Shown here: positions 8,929-17,894 of the stretch, piece after piece
How the letters are laid out: the number at the start of each line of letters is the position of its first letter
How positions within the stretch are numbered: position 1 is the first letter of the stretch
Origin: Candidatus Sericytochromatia bacterium
Lineage (GTDB): Bacteria > Cyanobacteriota > Sericytochromatia > S15B-MN24 > JAQBPE01
DNA: 64,000 nt
Reading direction: 5' to 3'
Assembly (NCBI GenBank): GCA_040400605.1
Contig: JBBAPZ010000002.1
Location: forward strand, 33,476-97,475
The notes under the pieces: model-generated
Seen by the model: only the letters and a program-made list of their open reading frames with translations
What the model was told of the DNA's origin: nothing
Databases searched by the model: none
Program-made: the position numbers and the translations under genes

Positions 8929-10038
8929 TCACAAAATGCCCTCCGCACGACTGAGGCGACGCACGTCCCGCCGCCTCGGCAGCAAGGCACTGATGGTTCG
9001 CGCCGGCCCCACCGTTCGTACGCTGATGCTATCCACCTCATACGGTACAGCTGCCAAACTCTGACGCAACAGCGCCAATCGGGCTTCTACGCGCTTTTTG
9101 ACGGTATCCTCCGGGACCTCGATCAACACAGTCAAACGCCCACGGATAAACGTCAATTCCACGGTGATTCGTCCCAGATGCCGCGTATCGATCGCCAGTG
9201 TCACCCGTACGAACGCAGTGGCGACGCCGCGTTGTCCCCCACCTTCCTGCTGCACGAGGACTTCCCCGGGAAGCGGTTGCGCATCGCGCCAGATGAAAAA
9301 CGGAAAGATTTGCACCGGGTTGCCCGCATTGGCCAACAGTTTCTGCCCCTCGAACAACTGCTTCAAACGCTGCAACTCCAGTGCGGTCTCAGAACCCAAC
9401 CCGCGCGCCTCCAAACGGGACAATTCCTCGGCCATGCCAGAAAGCAAACCCTGAAACTGCGGCAATTGTTGAACCGGTCTTTGCTCCAATTTGCCCAATT
9501 GCCAAAATGCCGTGAGTTTTCGGCCCAACCCGAGCATTTTTGTATTCGGTTCAGCCTTTAACGCCATGGTCAAACGCGCAAGCAAATGGGTGAAAGGACC
9601 ACCTGACAGCAACTGCAGCAATGCGTCAATTGCCCCCGGATTCATCCTGATTCCCTGGCTGTAGGCCAATACGATCGCTTCCAGATAATTGGGATCGGGG
9701 AAACCCAATTCGCTCCATTGTTTCGCGATTTGAGCAATGGCATCACCATCAATCCCTTGCCCGTAACGCAGCAATTCCTTGGCGATGCGCAAGTGCTCCA
9801 AAGTCGGCGAAACACCCATTGCACCCAGTCGCGCCAACAAGCTGGCATCGTTATGAAATCCGAAATAACGCTTCGCCGGTACATTGGCCGCAGCATTTTG
9901 CGCACTGCCCCCCGGGACGCCCGCTGCAGCCCCTGCCTCCCGACTGCCCTCGGTATTGAGCCCACCACGACCCGCCACGCTGCGGCGTTGTTGTGGCAAC
10001 TGCCCCGGAACCTGTGGTGTACCAGGAATCTCAGGCAT
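8929..10038 (-). CDS. FliK-like hook-length/substrate-switch protein (C-terminal T3S4-like domain)
   Basis: Low-complexity N-terminus; C-terminal RVTLAIDTRHLGRITVELTFIRGRLTVLIEV...LALLRQSL fits FliK-C. Confidence 0.65.
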   Translation of the reverse strand: MPEIPGTPQVPGQLPQQRRSVAGRGGLNTEGSREAGAAAGVPGGSAQNAAANVPAKRYFGFHNDASLLARLGAMGVSPTLEHLRIAKELLRYGQGIDGDAIAQIAKQWSELGFPDPNYLEAIVLAYSQGIRMNPGAIDALLQLLSGGPFTHLLARLTMALKAEPNTKMLGLGRKLTAFWQLGKLEQRPVQQLPQFQGLLSGMAEELSRLEARGLGSETALELQRLKQLFEGQKLLANAGNPVQIFPFFIWRDAQPLPGEVLVQQEGGGQRGVATAFVRVTLAIDTRHLGRITVELTFIRGRLTVLIEVPEDTVKKRVEARLALLRQSLAAVPYEVDSISVRTVGPARTISALLPRRRDVRRLSRAEGIL

Positions 10039-10082
10039 ATCCCACCTTCGCCGACGCCAAAAACATCCCTACGTCAAACACT

Positions 10083-10108
10083 CTACCCGGCTCCATGAGA
10101 CCGTAAAC
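10083..10108 (-). promoter_or_regulatory. Candidate SigB/SigF-type promoter of the flagellar operon (GTTTAC-N14-GGGTAG)
   Basis: About 45 nt upstream of the first gene; close to the B. subtilis SigB consensus GTTTAA-N12-14-GGGWAW. Confidence 0.55.
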
Positions 10109-10265
10109 CGTTCAGGCAAGGGTCTTTGCGGCTTTTTTCAGCGTGTGTGATGCCTGCGTGATCCAAAACACAAGCAGCGAGGCTGATCATGCCACGCCTC
10201 TGTCAACGGGACTATGATCCCGCTCACGTTTACACGCTTACGTTTGCCAAGGGTAACGAATGGAT

Positions 10266-11840
10266 TCAGCGCCTTGAAGCGGGCTGACCACCCGGAATGA
10301 CCTGGCCCCCGGGACCATACGTCACCGGGTTGTTGCTGGTGGCTGTGCCGCCACCGACACCACCACCAAAATCCTGCGCGGCGGTATTGACCCCACGCCA
10401 ATCGAACGTGCGCTCTAAAATCATGCCGTTCGCGCCGACGACAAAACCTTCGCCCTGCGGCAGCAGGTCAATGGAATAAAAAGCGCCGGACAGTGAGCCT
10501 GAATAATAATTGGTGTCCAGCTTCAAGACGCCGCCGACGTTGGCCAGCAAGTTGCCAAAAATCGATTTCGGATTGCGTTCAAATCGAAAATCTGGACGGC
10601 GGATCTGCCCCAACGCCCAACCTTCGGTTCCCGAAATCATCTCAATGTCATGAAGCGGTACCTGATCCAGGTTCTCCACCGCTGTATCCCAACGACCAGG
10701 GATCCAACCATCCCGGCGGGGATCGTACTGCAAAAACAACCCCCGTGGGTTAATCAACAGATTGTCGCGCGTACCCACCGCATACCCTTGGGTATCGCTA
10801 ACCATCTTGATGGCCTTCAATTCCTGTTGATCACTCAGCGAAAACGTGTCCCGATTGCCCCAAAAACCATTCACGCGCCACCGGCCTTGATCGAATTTCA
10901 GGATCAACGGCGTACCACCAGGAATGCCATCGCCACCCACGGCCCAACCGCGTTGCGGCGAAAGCATCTGCACATCGTTCAAACGGCCACGTACCGGCGA
11001 CTCGAACGCCTTCCAACTTGCCCCATCGTAATGCATAATCAGCGCCTGACCATTCGTTTCTTGCCCAACCGCCCACACATCCCGCTCAGACAGAACCGAT
11101 ACCGCATTCAGCGCGCCAGATAAAACCGGCAACTTGTCCATCTGCCACGTGCGCCCGTTCCAACGCGCAACAAAAGGCGTCTGCGATCCCTTGCGCTCGC
11201 CAACAACCCAGCCCAATGCACTGTTGGCAAATCCAATGCCCTTCACCCGCGCATCCGAGTAAGCGAAAGAAGCGTCCCGACGCCAAGCACCATTCAACCA
11301 GTGCAGCAAAATCCCGCCATCACCACCAGCCCAAGCCTCCACCCGGGAAACCATCTCCACGGCATACAAGTCTTGATTGACAGGGCTTGCAACCTGCTGC
11401 CACGCATACAGCGGCTGTTCGATCTGCAAGGTCGCAGTCGCTTCAATGCCCTGGATCAGGGCCGTTACTTTCAACGTCCCCGGTACATCCGGTCGCATTA
11501 CCCCATTGCGATCAATCACCCCCATCTGCGGGTTCGACAAATCCCACTGCACCAAACGCGGGTCCGTATAAGACTTGCCATCCGAACCCAGCACAGTCAC
11601 CGTCAAACGCGATGCAATCCCCACCCGTCCAATCGAGTTGGCAGGCTCCACTATCACCTGACGGGCCTCCACACCAGGCGGCAAAGTCGGCACCAACTCG
11701 GGCTGCACCATCCGGGACGAACCAAAATTATCCGAACCCACCGGCCCCATCGGCATCGGCATGTATCCACAACCAACCGTCCACGTCGCCGCAAGCACCG
11801 CCGCCACCCATTGTATTGCGCTCAGGTTTCTTGCAAACAT
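10266..11840 (-). CDS. Lipoprotein with an Ig-like (Big_2-like) domain and a repeated beta-propeller (YCF48-like)
   Basis: Lipobox TVGC; repeated LxxVxMxSxxxGWAVG...ILxxDGxxW blades. Confidence 0.75.
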   Translation of the reverse strand: MFARNLSAIQWVAAVLAATWTVGCGYMPMPMGPVGSDNFGSSRMVQPELVPTLPPGVEARQVIVEPANSIGRVGIASRLTVTVLGSDGKSYTDPRLVQWDLSNPQMGVIDRNGVMRPDVPGTLKVTALIQGIEATATLQIEQPLYAWQQVASPVNQDLYAVEMVSRVEAWAGGDGGILLHWLNGAWRRDASFAYSDARVKGIGFANSALGWVVGERKGSQTPFVARWNGRTWQMDKLPVLSGALNAVSVLSERDVWAVGQETNGQALIMHYDGASWKAFESPVRGRLNDVQMLSPQRGWAVGGDGIPGGTPLILKFDQGRWRVNGFWGNRDTFSLSDQQELKAIKMVSDTQGYAVGTRDNLLINPRGLFLQYDPRRDGWIPGRWDTAVENLDQVPLHDIEMISGTEGWALGQIRRPDFRFERNPKSIFGNLLANVGGVLKLDTNYYSGSLSGAFYSIDLLPQGEGFVVGANGMILERTFDWRGVNTAAQDFGGGVGGGTATSNNPVTYGPGGQVIPGGQPASRR

Positions 11841-12212
11841 CGCTTCACTTCCCCAATAGACACCATCAACCCTGAAGAAACTTCATAATTCAGTATCACG
11901 CACCGGAAGCTGACACTTGTGTTAAGTTTCACGGAAGGAAAGGTTATCACTGTTCGTTAACAATGGGGCAGTCAGCATAAACGCGCGTCGTTTCATTCAA
12001 AAAGACCGGATGTCATTTGATCGTGCGGAGACGTCACGGGAACAGCGTCACGCCGGGTGGACTCTCATCGCTCACGCCGATCCAAGTCGTGCCGCCATCA
12101 AGTAAATACCCCTGTTCGAGCAGCGTAGAAGCAACGACGGTGCGGTTGCCCGCATCCTCTGACCGTGTTGGGTCAGCTTTTTGTTACGCGCTGCCGTTCG
12201 CGGCCTGACCCT

Positions 12213-12848
12213 TTAAAAGGACTCCCGTCGGATCAGCCCCACGAATTTGCCCTGAATCACGACCTGGCGCACATACAGAGGCGCCATGGCCGTGTTTGAT
12301 GGCTGCAGGCGAATGACACCATCCGCTTCTCGATAGATGCGCTTCAAGGTGACATCACCATCCTCGAGCAAGGCCACCACGATGTCACCGTCGCGCGCCA
12401 CATTTTGTCGTTTGATGACCGCCCAATCGCCATCATCAATATGATCCCCAATCATCGATTGGCCTTTGATTTTCAGTACAAACAAGTCAGGATCCGCGAA
12501 CAATTGCGGTAAATTCAACACCTCATCCGATAAAGCGATCGCATCAATGGGCGCCCCCGCAGCGATGGACCCCAGCACAGGCAAACAACCAGGCCCCAGT
12601 AATGCGCCTGCCTCGGCAGCGTCATCTGGCACATCGTCGTGACGCGCCAACACCCGGATCGCCCGGTTTTTACCCCCCTCCCACTGAATCAGCCCGCGTG
12701 CAGCCAATCCCGTCAGGTGATAATGCACGGTCGATGTCGAACGTAACCCCAACGCCTCACCAATCTCACGAATCGACGGCACAAAACCGTGCGCTTTCAG
12801 ATAAGCGATCAAATACTCGTAAACCTTGTCCTGACGCCCCTGTACCAC
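12213..12848 (-). CDS. lexA: SOS repressor LexA
   Basis: PSIREIGEALGLRSTSTVHYHL HTH, cleavage site IAAG, catalytic GQSM and VTLK. Confidence 0.96.
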   Translation of the reverse strand: MVQGRQDKVYEYLIAYLKAHGFVPSIREIGEALGLRSTSTVHYHLTGLAARGLIQWEGGKNRAIRVLARHDDVPDDAAEAGALLGPGCLPVLGSIAAGAPIDAIALSDEVLNLPQLFADPDLFVLKIKGQSMIGDHIDDGDWAVIKRQNVARDGDIVVALLEDGDVTLKRIYREADGVIRLQPSNTAMAPLYVRQVVIQGKFVGLIRRESF

Positions 12849-12910
12849 CGACTACCTCGCTTGATGACTCACTTCGTCCCATTCATCAACATATACAGCC
12901 AAGTTCCATC

Positions 12911-12928
12911 TTGGAACACATGTTCCAA
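12911..12928. promoter_or_regulatory. LexA operator TTGGAAC-ACAT-GTTCCAA (GAAC-N4-GTTC type) within the lexA promoter
   Basis: Perfect 7-bp arms, about 65 nt upstream of lexA, between a minus-strand TTGTCA (-35) and CAAGAT (-10). Confidence 0.85.
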
Positions 12929-13376
12929 TTTGACAAGGCCTTTGCGCACCAGTCAATTGCAAAGTGGGCGCGAAAACAGCCGATCACTGAATCCCGGTGT
13001 CCTCGATGGCCGTCCGCCAGATTCCCCGTTCATTCATCGCAGGCCGGTATCAATGAATGGTTGACGCTCGCCGCGTGATGATTGCGTCCATCGGGCATTC
13101 AACTGTCACTGTCCGAAATCCTGGAAAATACGCAGTCGTTGCGTCATCGAAACCTACGCGATCCACAAAACGGTTTGCTGCGATGTACAGGCGAAGCAAG
13201 TCCAAACAGACCCCAACGGCGTTGCAAGCACGTCTCGGTTTTTATGATGGGTCGAATGAGCGATGATCAGTTATCAAGGAGGTTTGATCAGCCAATTGGC
13301 GCGCGCTCGGTGGTGGGTGCTTACAGATCGCTTCGTTGCGGGTATAAGGCGATCGTGTGGATTTGGGGGAGAGACG

Positions 13377-13973
13377 GTGATACACGGGATGCGGGTATTT
13401 TTTGGTGCGGCTGTGGCCAGTGTATTGGCTGCCTCTGTGGGGGCCTGTGGGTTTTACACGAATGTTCCGGCGCAGATCAGCGTTGTGAATGTCAAACCAG
13501 GTCAGATCACCTACAACCGTGACTCAGGCAAACTGGCGATCGAATATGAACAACCGGAGATGAATCTCCGCGTGGAACACGGCAGCATCGGTGCGACGTT
13601 CAATAAGATGAACGTGGCGTATTTTTACAGCAACGGCGCCAAGGCCGACACAGAAGTTCCCCCGCTCAACCTTGGGATGACCGTGCGGGTGGATACGGGT
13701 GTTTATCCCACCAATATTCGCGCGGATGCGCCGGAGGCGGTTGACCCCGCGCAGGTGGGCAACAAGGTGCTCGCACCGATTACCAAGGTCAGTGTGCCTA
13801 TCCTCACGCGCCACGTGACACAGTTCGGCCTCAAAAGCGAGCTGCCAACCGGCAACGCGGCTGCCATTTACGCTGTCGTCAACCTGACCGGATATGATGA
13901 CGCCAACTTCGAGACCCGACTCGAGGCCTTCGTCCCCATTACGTTCATCGGTCAACCTGGAGCCATCAATTGA
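13377..13973 (+). CDS. Hypothetical lipoprotein
   Basis: Lipobox VGAC after a hydrophobic stretch; start set at GTG 13377 after a G-rich SD. Confidence 0.7.
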   Translation: MIHGMRVFFGAAVASVLAASVGACGFYTNVPAQISVVNVKPGQITYNRDSGKLAIEYEQPEMNLRVEHGSIGATFNKMNVAYFYSNGAKADTEVPPLNLGMTVRVDTGVYPTNIRADAPEAVDPAQVGNKVLAPITKVSVPILTRHVTQFGLKSELPTGNAAAIYAVVNLTGYDDANFETRLEAFVPITFIGQPGAIN

Positions 13974-14134
13974 AACGACTCGCCTGTGAAGGGGGGGTGA
14001 CCACCGTTGAGTATGCCTTGATCGCCTCTGCGATCTGCTTCGGCCTGCTCGGCGCCTCTTACACTATTCAGGCATTGCAACGCGTTCAGTTTCAACAACA
14101 TCAAAAAGCCACCAAGACCTGGCGATCGCCCTGA
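13970..14134 (+). CDS. Divergent Flp-type (type IVc) prepilin, 54 aa
   Basis: Not in the ORF track: MKRLACEGG/VTTVEYALIASAICFGLLGASYTIQALQRVQFQQHQKATKTWRSP. GxxxxEY motif, TTG start overlapping the upstream TGA, GGAG SD. Confidence 0.7.
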   Translation: MKRLACEGGVTTVEYALIASAICFGLLGASYTIQALQRVQFQQHQKATKTWRSP

Positions 14135-14443
14135 TCCACCCCGCGCGTCAACCGGCGATTTTGCAGCAACCAGCCTTCGTTGCTGCTTGCTGTGCATCCT
14201 TGCCTGATCATGCAAGCGAAGGACCCCAGGCGCCCTGCACACTGACCCAACAGGACTCAAACACGAATACTCACGCCACTTGCTGGTCATGAACCCGCAG
14301 GTTTACCCAGTGCCCCATCCCTGTCCGGACTAAGAAAGCAAACGACATCAAGCGCTTCATGCCACGTGTCAACGGCAAACAGCACGGGCTGGGGCTGAAT
14401 ATTGGGTGTTTTGACACGCTTGCTTCGCTTCGATTAACCAATA

Positions 14444-14458
14444 TTAAGCATTATTTAA
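14444..14458. promoter_or_regulatory. TTAA-N7-TTAA direct repeat upstream of the flp pilins
   Basis: TTAAGCATTATTTAA, with another TTAA 10 nt upstream, in an AT-rich patch. Confidence 0.35.
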
Positions 14459-14572
14459 ACTTGACTTTACCTTGGAGACGCAAGGCACAAGATGATGACG
14501 GCGATAAGGATGGTGCAGGCTGCGAGATTGTGAGTCTGAAGCGTTAAAGTCATTTGGGGAAGGAGCCGAAAG

Positions 14573-14764
14573 ATGAATCTGGTTTACAAGTTGATTCAGG
14601 AAGAAGACGGTCAGGCGCTGGTGGAGTACGGCTTGATTCTGGGTTTGGTCTCGGTTGGCTTGACCATTACGTTGACGGCGATGAAGGGTGAGATCGGCAA
14701 GACTTTTGAATACGTCGTGAAGCAGTTGAAGAGCGCGCAATCAGCCACCGCGGCCAAGAAGTAA
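14573..14764 (+). CDS. flp: Flp pilin
   Basis: EEDGQALVEYGLILGLVSV; AAGGAG SD. Confidence 0.92.
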   Translation: MNLVYKLIQEEDGQALVEYGLILGLVSVGLTITLTAMKGEIGKTFEYVVKQLKSAQSATAAKK

Positions 14765-14778
14765 GCGTACGGTGCGCG

Positions 14779-14955
14779 ATGTTGCATGACTTGCTCACCA
14801 ATGAAGACGGGCAGGCTCTGGTCGAGTATGGCCTGATCCTGGGCTTGGTCTCGGTGGCGCTGGTGACGTCACTGACAGGCATCAAGGCTGGTTTGCTGAA
14901 TGTGTTCAATGATGTCGTGGGCAAGTTGGGCAAGGCGACCACAGCCAAGACTTGA
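14779..14955 (+). CDS. flp: Flp pilin, second tandem copy, 58 aa
   Basis: Not in the ORF track: MLHDLLTNEDGQALVEYGLILGLVSVALVTSLTGIKAGLLNVFNDVVGKLGKATTAKT. Confidence 0.9.
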   Translation: MLHDLLTNEDGQALVEYGLILGLVSVALVTSLTGIKAGLLNVFNDVVGKLGKATTAKT

Positions 14956-15013
14956 GCGTGTTGGCTGACCGGGGATACGGCGCCTGACCGCGCCATAGTT
15001 TTGGTTTCCTTCC

Positions 15014-15059
15014 GTATCCGAAGATGGTGCAACCAAGCGGTTGACTCATCTTCGGATAC
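15014..15059 (+). other. Long stem-loop downstream of the pilin pair
   Basis: GTATCCGAAGATG-gtg-CAACC-aagc-GGTTG-act-CATCTTCGGATAC (13 + 5 bp perfect stems). Confidence 0.7.
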
Positions 15060-15412
15060 TTCATGCTGATCCGGTGACAGTCAGCTTGATTTAATGAATA
15101 CTGTTGGGACGATAGACTGTTTTGTACAGATTCTGACTGACAAAGAGCCGTCCGATCACTTCCAATGTGAACCTGCGCCGGTCGCTGGTCACGTCACAAG
15201 CTTCCAGTTGATCCCTGATTAATAGGAATCTGTCTAGCACTTCCATGGGCTCAGGGATTGCGACGTGGGCTGTCATGGCAAGCATTCCGGCTCACGCGGT
15301 TTCTGGCGCTTGATCGTTCGTGCTGCAATCACGCGGTGTAAAACGTAGGCGCCCGGGGTTCCTTGGGTACAATGGTCAACATCACGCGCCCCTTGTGCTT
15401 TTGGTTGAAGGG

Positions 15413-15970
15413 ATGTCACGGATGGTAGCCATCTGGCAAATGGGTCTGACAGGCATTGTGTTGGTTGCGATGGCGACGGACTTGAAGCGTCGCAAGATTT
15501 ATAACTGGCTGACCTTTCCGGCCATGCTTGTGGGGCTGATCCTGCAAGGCGTGTTTGGTGGCACATCGGGTGTGCAGTCGGGCTTGGTGGGGCTTTTGGT
15601 TGGCAGCGTGATTTTTCTGATCGGATTTGTGGTCGGGGCGATGGGCGCTGGTGACGTGAAGCTGATGGCTGCGGTGGGTGCGTGGCTCGGCTGGCCCCAT
15701 GCGGTGGCGGCTGTGTTGTATGTGAGTTGTTTTGGTGGGCTCATTGCGATTGTGGCTGCGGTGATGCATGGCAGCCTGTGGCGCATGTTGGCGAATGTGT
15801 ATTGGTTTATGGTGGGGTTGGTGTTGCCGGGTGGCAAGGCGCAAGCGGCATTTGCCCAGAGTGCGGCGCCGCCTGTGCCTTATGGGGTGTCGATCGCCCT
15901 GGGCACGATACTGGCCTTGTTTTATCCTGAGCCCATTCATTTGCTCGCGGCACTTGGAGTCGGGTCGTGA
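15413..15970 (+). CDS. cpaA: Flp prepilin peptidase CpaA/TadV (A24 family)
   Basis: TDLKRRKIYNWLT, MGAGDVKLMAAVG, PVPYGVSI; start set at ATG 15413 (15422 also possible). Confidence 0.92.
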   Translation: MSRMVAIWQMGLTGIVLVAMATDLKRRKIYNWLTFPAMLVGLILQGVFGGTSGVQSGLVGLLVGSVIFLIGFVVGAMGAGDVKLMAAVGAWLGWPHAVAAVLYVSCFGGLIAIVAAVMHGSLWRMLANVYWFMVGLVLPGGKAQAAFAQSAAPPVPYGVSIALGTILALFYPEPIHLLAALGVGS

Positions 15971-17064
15971 TGCCTCAGGTGATTGAATCGGCGGCTCAGG
16001 AGTCTGGTCAGGCCTTGGTTGAGTTTGCGCTCATTTTGCCTATGTTGGCGCTTTTGACCTTCGGCACGCTCGAAGTGTCATTGTATTTGCAGCACGCGTC
16101 GGCTTTGAATGGCGCGGCTTTTTTGGCGGCGCGTTCCGCCAGTGTGGTGGGTAACCAGAATCGGATCAGCACCCAAAATGTGAAGACTTATGCGGATGCA
16201 ACCGGCATGGCGTGGCTTGGCGAAAGTTGCCAGAACATGAAATCAGCTCACGGTGCCGATTACACGCGCTTTCGGCTTGAAGCGAAAATGGGGCTGTTGG
16301 CCAGTCTGTTGCAGGCGAGTGGGGGCGGTTCGGCGCGGGTTGATACGATAGGCGCCGTTGCTACGCTGCCGCTGGAATATGACCCAAAGCGTCAGCCCAA
16401 GCACACGGCCAATCCAACCTACAAACCGAAAACGCATTGCATGGTGAGTTACGATGCGCCGCGTGTCGCTGCGCCCAAAGGGGTGGGCGACGGTCTAAAG
16501 AAGCTTGCTGAGGTCAAGAAGGTGGTGGTTGACATCAAGGCCAAATGGCCCAAAGCGCCTGCGCCGCCGCCACCGGCTGCGATGACGCTCATCGCGAATC
16601 TGCCAACAGGCCCTGATACCGAGCCTTTCGGTGCGCGGCTGTCCGTTGCCCCGCGGCCTGTAAATGAAAGCAATGGCGAGCGTTATTTGCGTCCTGATTA
16701 CGAAAAGGCGACGGGTGGCGGTGTGGCGTGGCGGGTTGGCGATCTCAAACAGGCGCTTGAAGCTTATGCCACGGACCTCAGCAAGGCCAGTGGCATCAAA
16801 GACGCCTTCACTGAACTGGGGCGTTTTCCACAAGGCAGTTTGCCACAACCAGCACCGCCGACCGGGGGCACTGGAACACCCAAAGCGCCCGGTGGTCCCG
16901 GTAAGGTGGTGCCCCCTGTGCCACCAACAATTCCGACTGCGGCGTTGGCTGCGTTGCTCAAACCGGTGAAGCAGCTTTCCGCGCCGGCAGCGGAAGCACT
17001 GCAGCGCGGCAGCAACACGCAGTATGCGCGCTTGGTGACCCAGGAGCGGAGGCTCTTTCGATGA
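15967..17064 (+). CDS. TadE-like minor pilin with a long Pro/Gly-rich extension
   Basis: ESGQALVEFALILP...AAFLAAR. Confidence 0.8.
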   Translation: MMPQVIESAAQESGQALVEFALILPMLALLTFGTLEVSLYLQHASALNGAAFLAARSASVVGNQNRISTQNVKTYADATGMAWLGESCQNMKSAHGADYTRFRLEAKMGLLASLLQASGGGSARVDTIGAVATLPLEYDPKRQPKHTANPTYKPKTHCMVSYDAPRVAAPKGVGDGLKKLAEVKKVVVDIKAKWPKAPAPPPPAAMTLIANLPTGPDTEPFGARLSVAPRPVNESNGERYLRPDYEKATGGGVAWRVGDLKQALEAYATDLSKASGIKDAFTELGRFPQGSLPQPAPPTGGTGTPKAPGGPGKVVPPVPPTIPTAALAALLKPVKQLSAPAAEALQRGSNTQYARLVTQERRLFR

Positions 17065-17894
17065 GGGCCGTGATGCGTTGCGCTCAGGCTTTGCGGCGGG
17101 AGGAGGACGGACAGGCCCTTTTGTGGGGGGCTGGCGTGGTGGTGCTGGTGGTGGTGCTGTTTTATGGTGCCGTCGATATCGGGTTGTTGGTGCTTGGCAA
17201 GATTCAGGCGCAGGCTGCCGCGGATGGGGCGGCTTTGTCTGCCGCGGCGTTGAAGGCGAGTGTTCATAATACGCGATCGCTGGCGTATCGGGCGCAGTCG
17301 GGGCAAGTGATGTTGGCACGGCAGGCGTTGATCGAAGCGACGGGCCTGGCCGTGCGGGAGTTGAGTCAACCCGGTCACAAGCCGGCCCAGTTCAGGGAGT
17401 GTCTCGGTCGTGCGCGGGGGCATATCAAGAAGGTGACGCTGTTGCGGGAGGGTGTGCTCGAATTCAACCAGTGGGTCACGGACGCCAAGGTGGGGCCCGA
17501 CGCGGTGGAAAGGGCTGCATCAATTGGTTTGAAGGGCAATTTGGGTTTTTTGGCGGTGAGCGATCGTGGCAATCAGCGGTTGCTCACCCAAGGCGGGGCG
17601 CTTGTTGAAAATGCGCGAATCTCGTCTGCCGTTGGCGGGGTTGTTTATGGTGCCGAGGGATTGAATCGGAACGGGCATGCAGGCAAATCGCTGGTTCGCA
17701 TCAGCCCCCGGTTGAATGTCCTGGGTGCTGGTGTTTTCGGGATCGGCAGCAGTCAGGAACTGGAAGCGGAATCCGCTGCGGGGCCTTTGGAAGCACATAC
17801 GTTGTGGGGTGCTCTGCCAGCATTGGATGCGTACGGAATCAACTGGTATACGGTGCGTCTGTTGCCGATTGGTACAACGGGGCGGACGCTATGA
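17061..17894 (+). CDS. TadG-like pilus assembly protein
   Basis: EDGQAL + TM, AVDIG, AQAAADGAALSAA. Confidence 0.78.
   Translation: MRAVMRCAQALRREEDGQALLWGAGVVVLVVVLFYGAVDIGLLVLGKIQAQAAADGAALSAAALKASVHNTRSLAYRAQSGQVMLARQALIEATGLAVRELSQPGHKPAQFRECLGRARGHIKKVTLLREGVLEFNQWVTDAKVGPDAVERAASIGLKGNLGFLAVSDRGNQRLLTQGGALVENARISSAVGGVVYGAEGLNRNGHAGKSLVRISPRLNVLGAGVFGIGSSQELEAESAAGPLEAHTLWGALPALDAYGINWYTVRLLPIGTTGRTL

Noticed and set aside
8515..9561. 348-aa plus-strand ORF, and many similar long antisense ORFs (e.g. 35770-36960, 51159-52250)
   Set aside because: Shadows of well-supported opposite-strand genes, with no recognisable motifs
14481..14507. CAAGG-N14-GGCGATAA as a sigma28 promoter for flp
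   Set aside because: Poor -35 match, single instance, and no comparable site upstream of the flagellar genes
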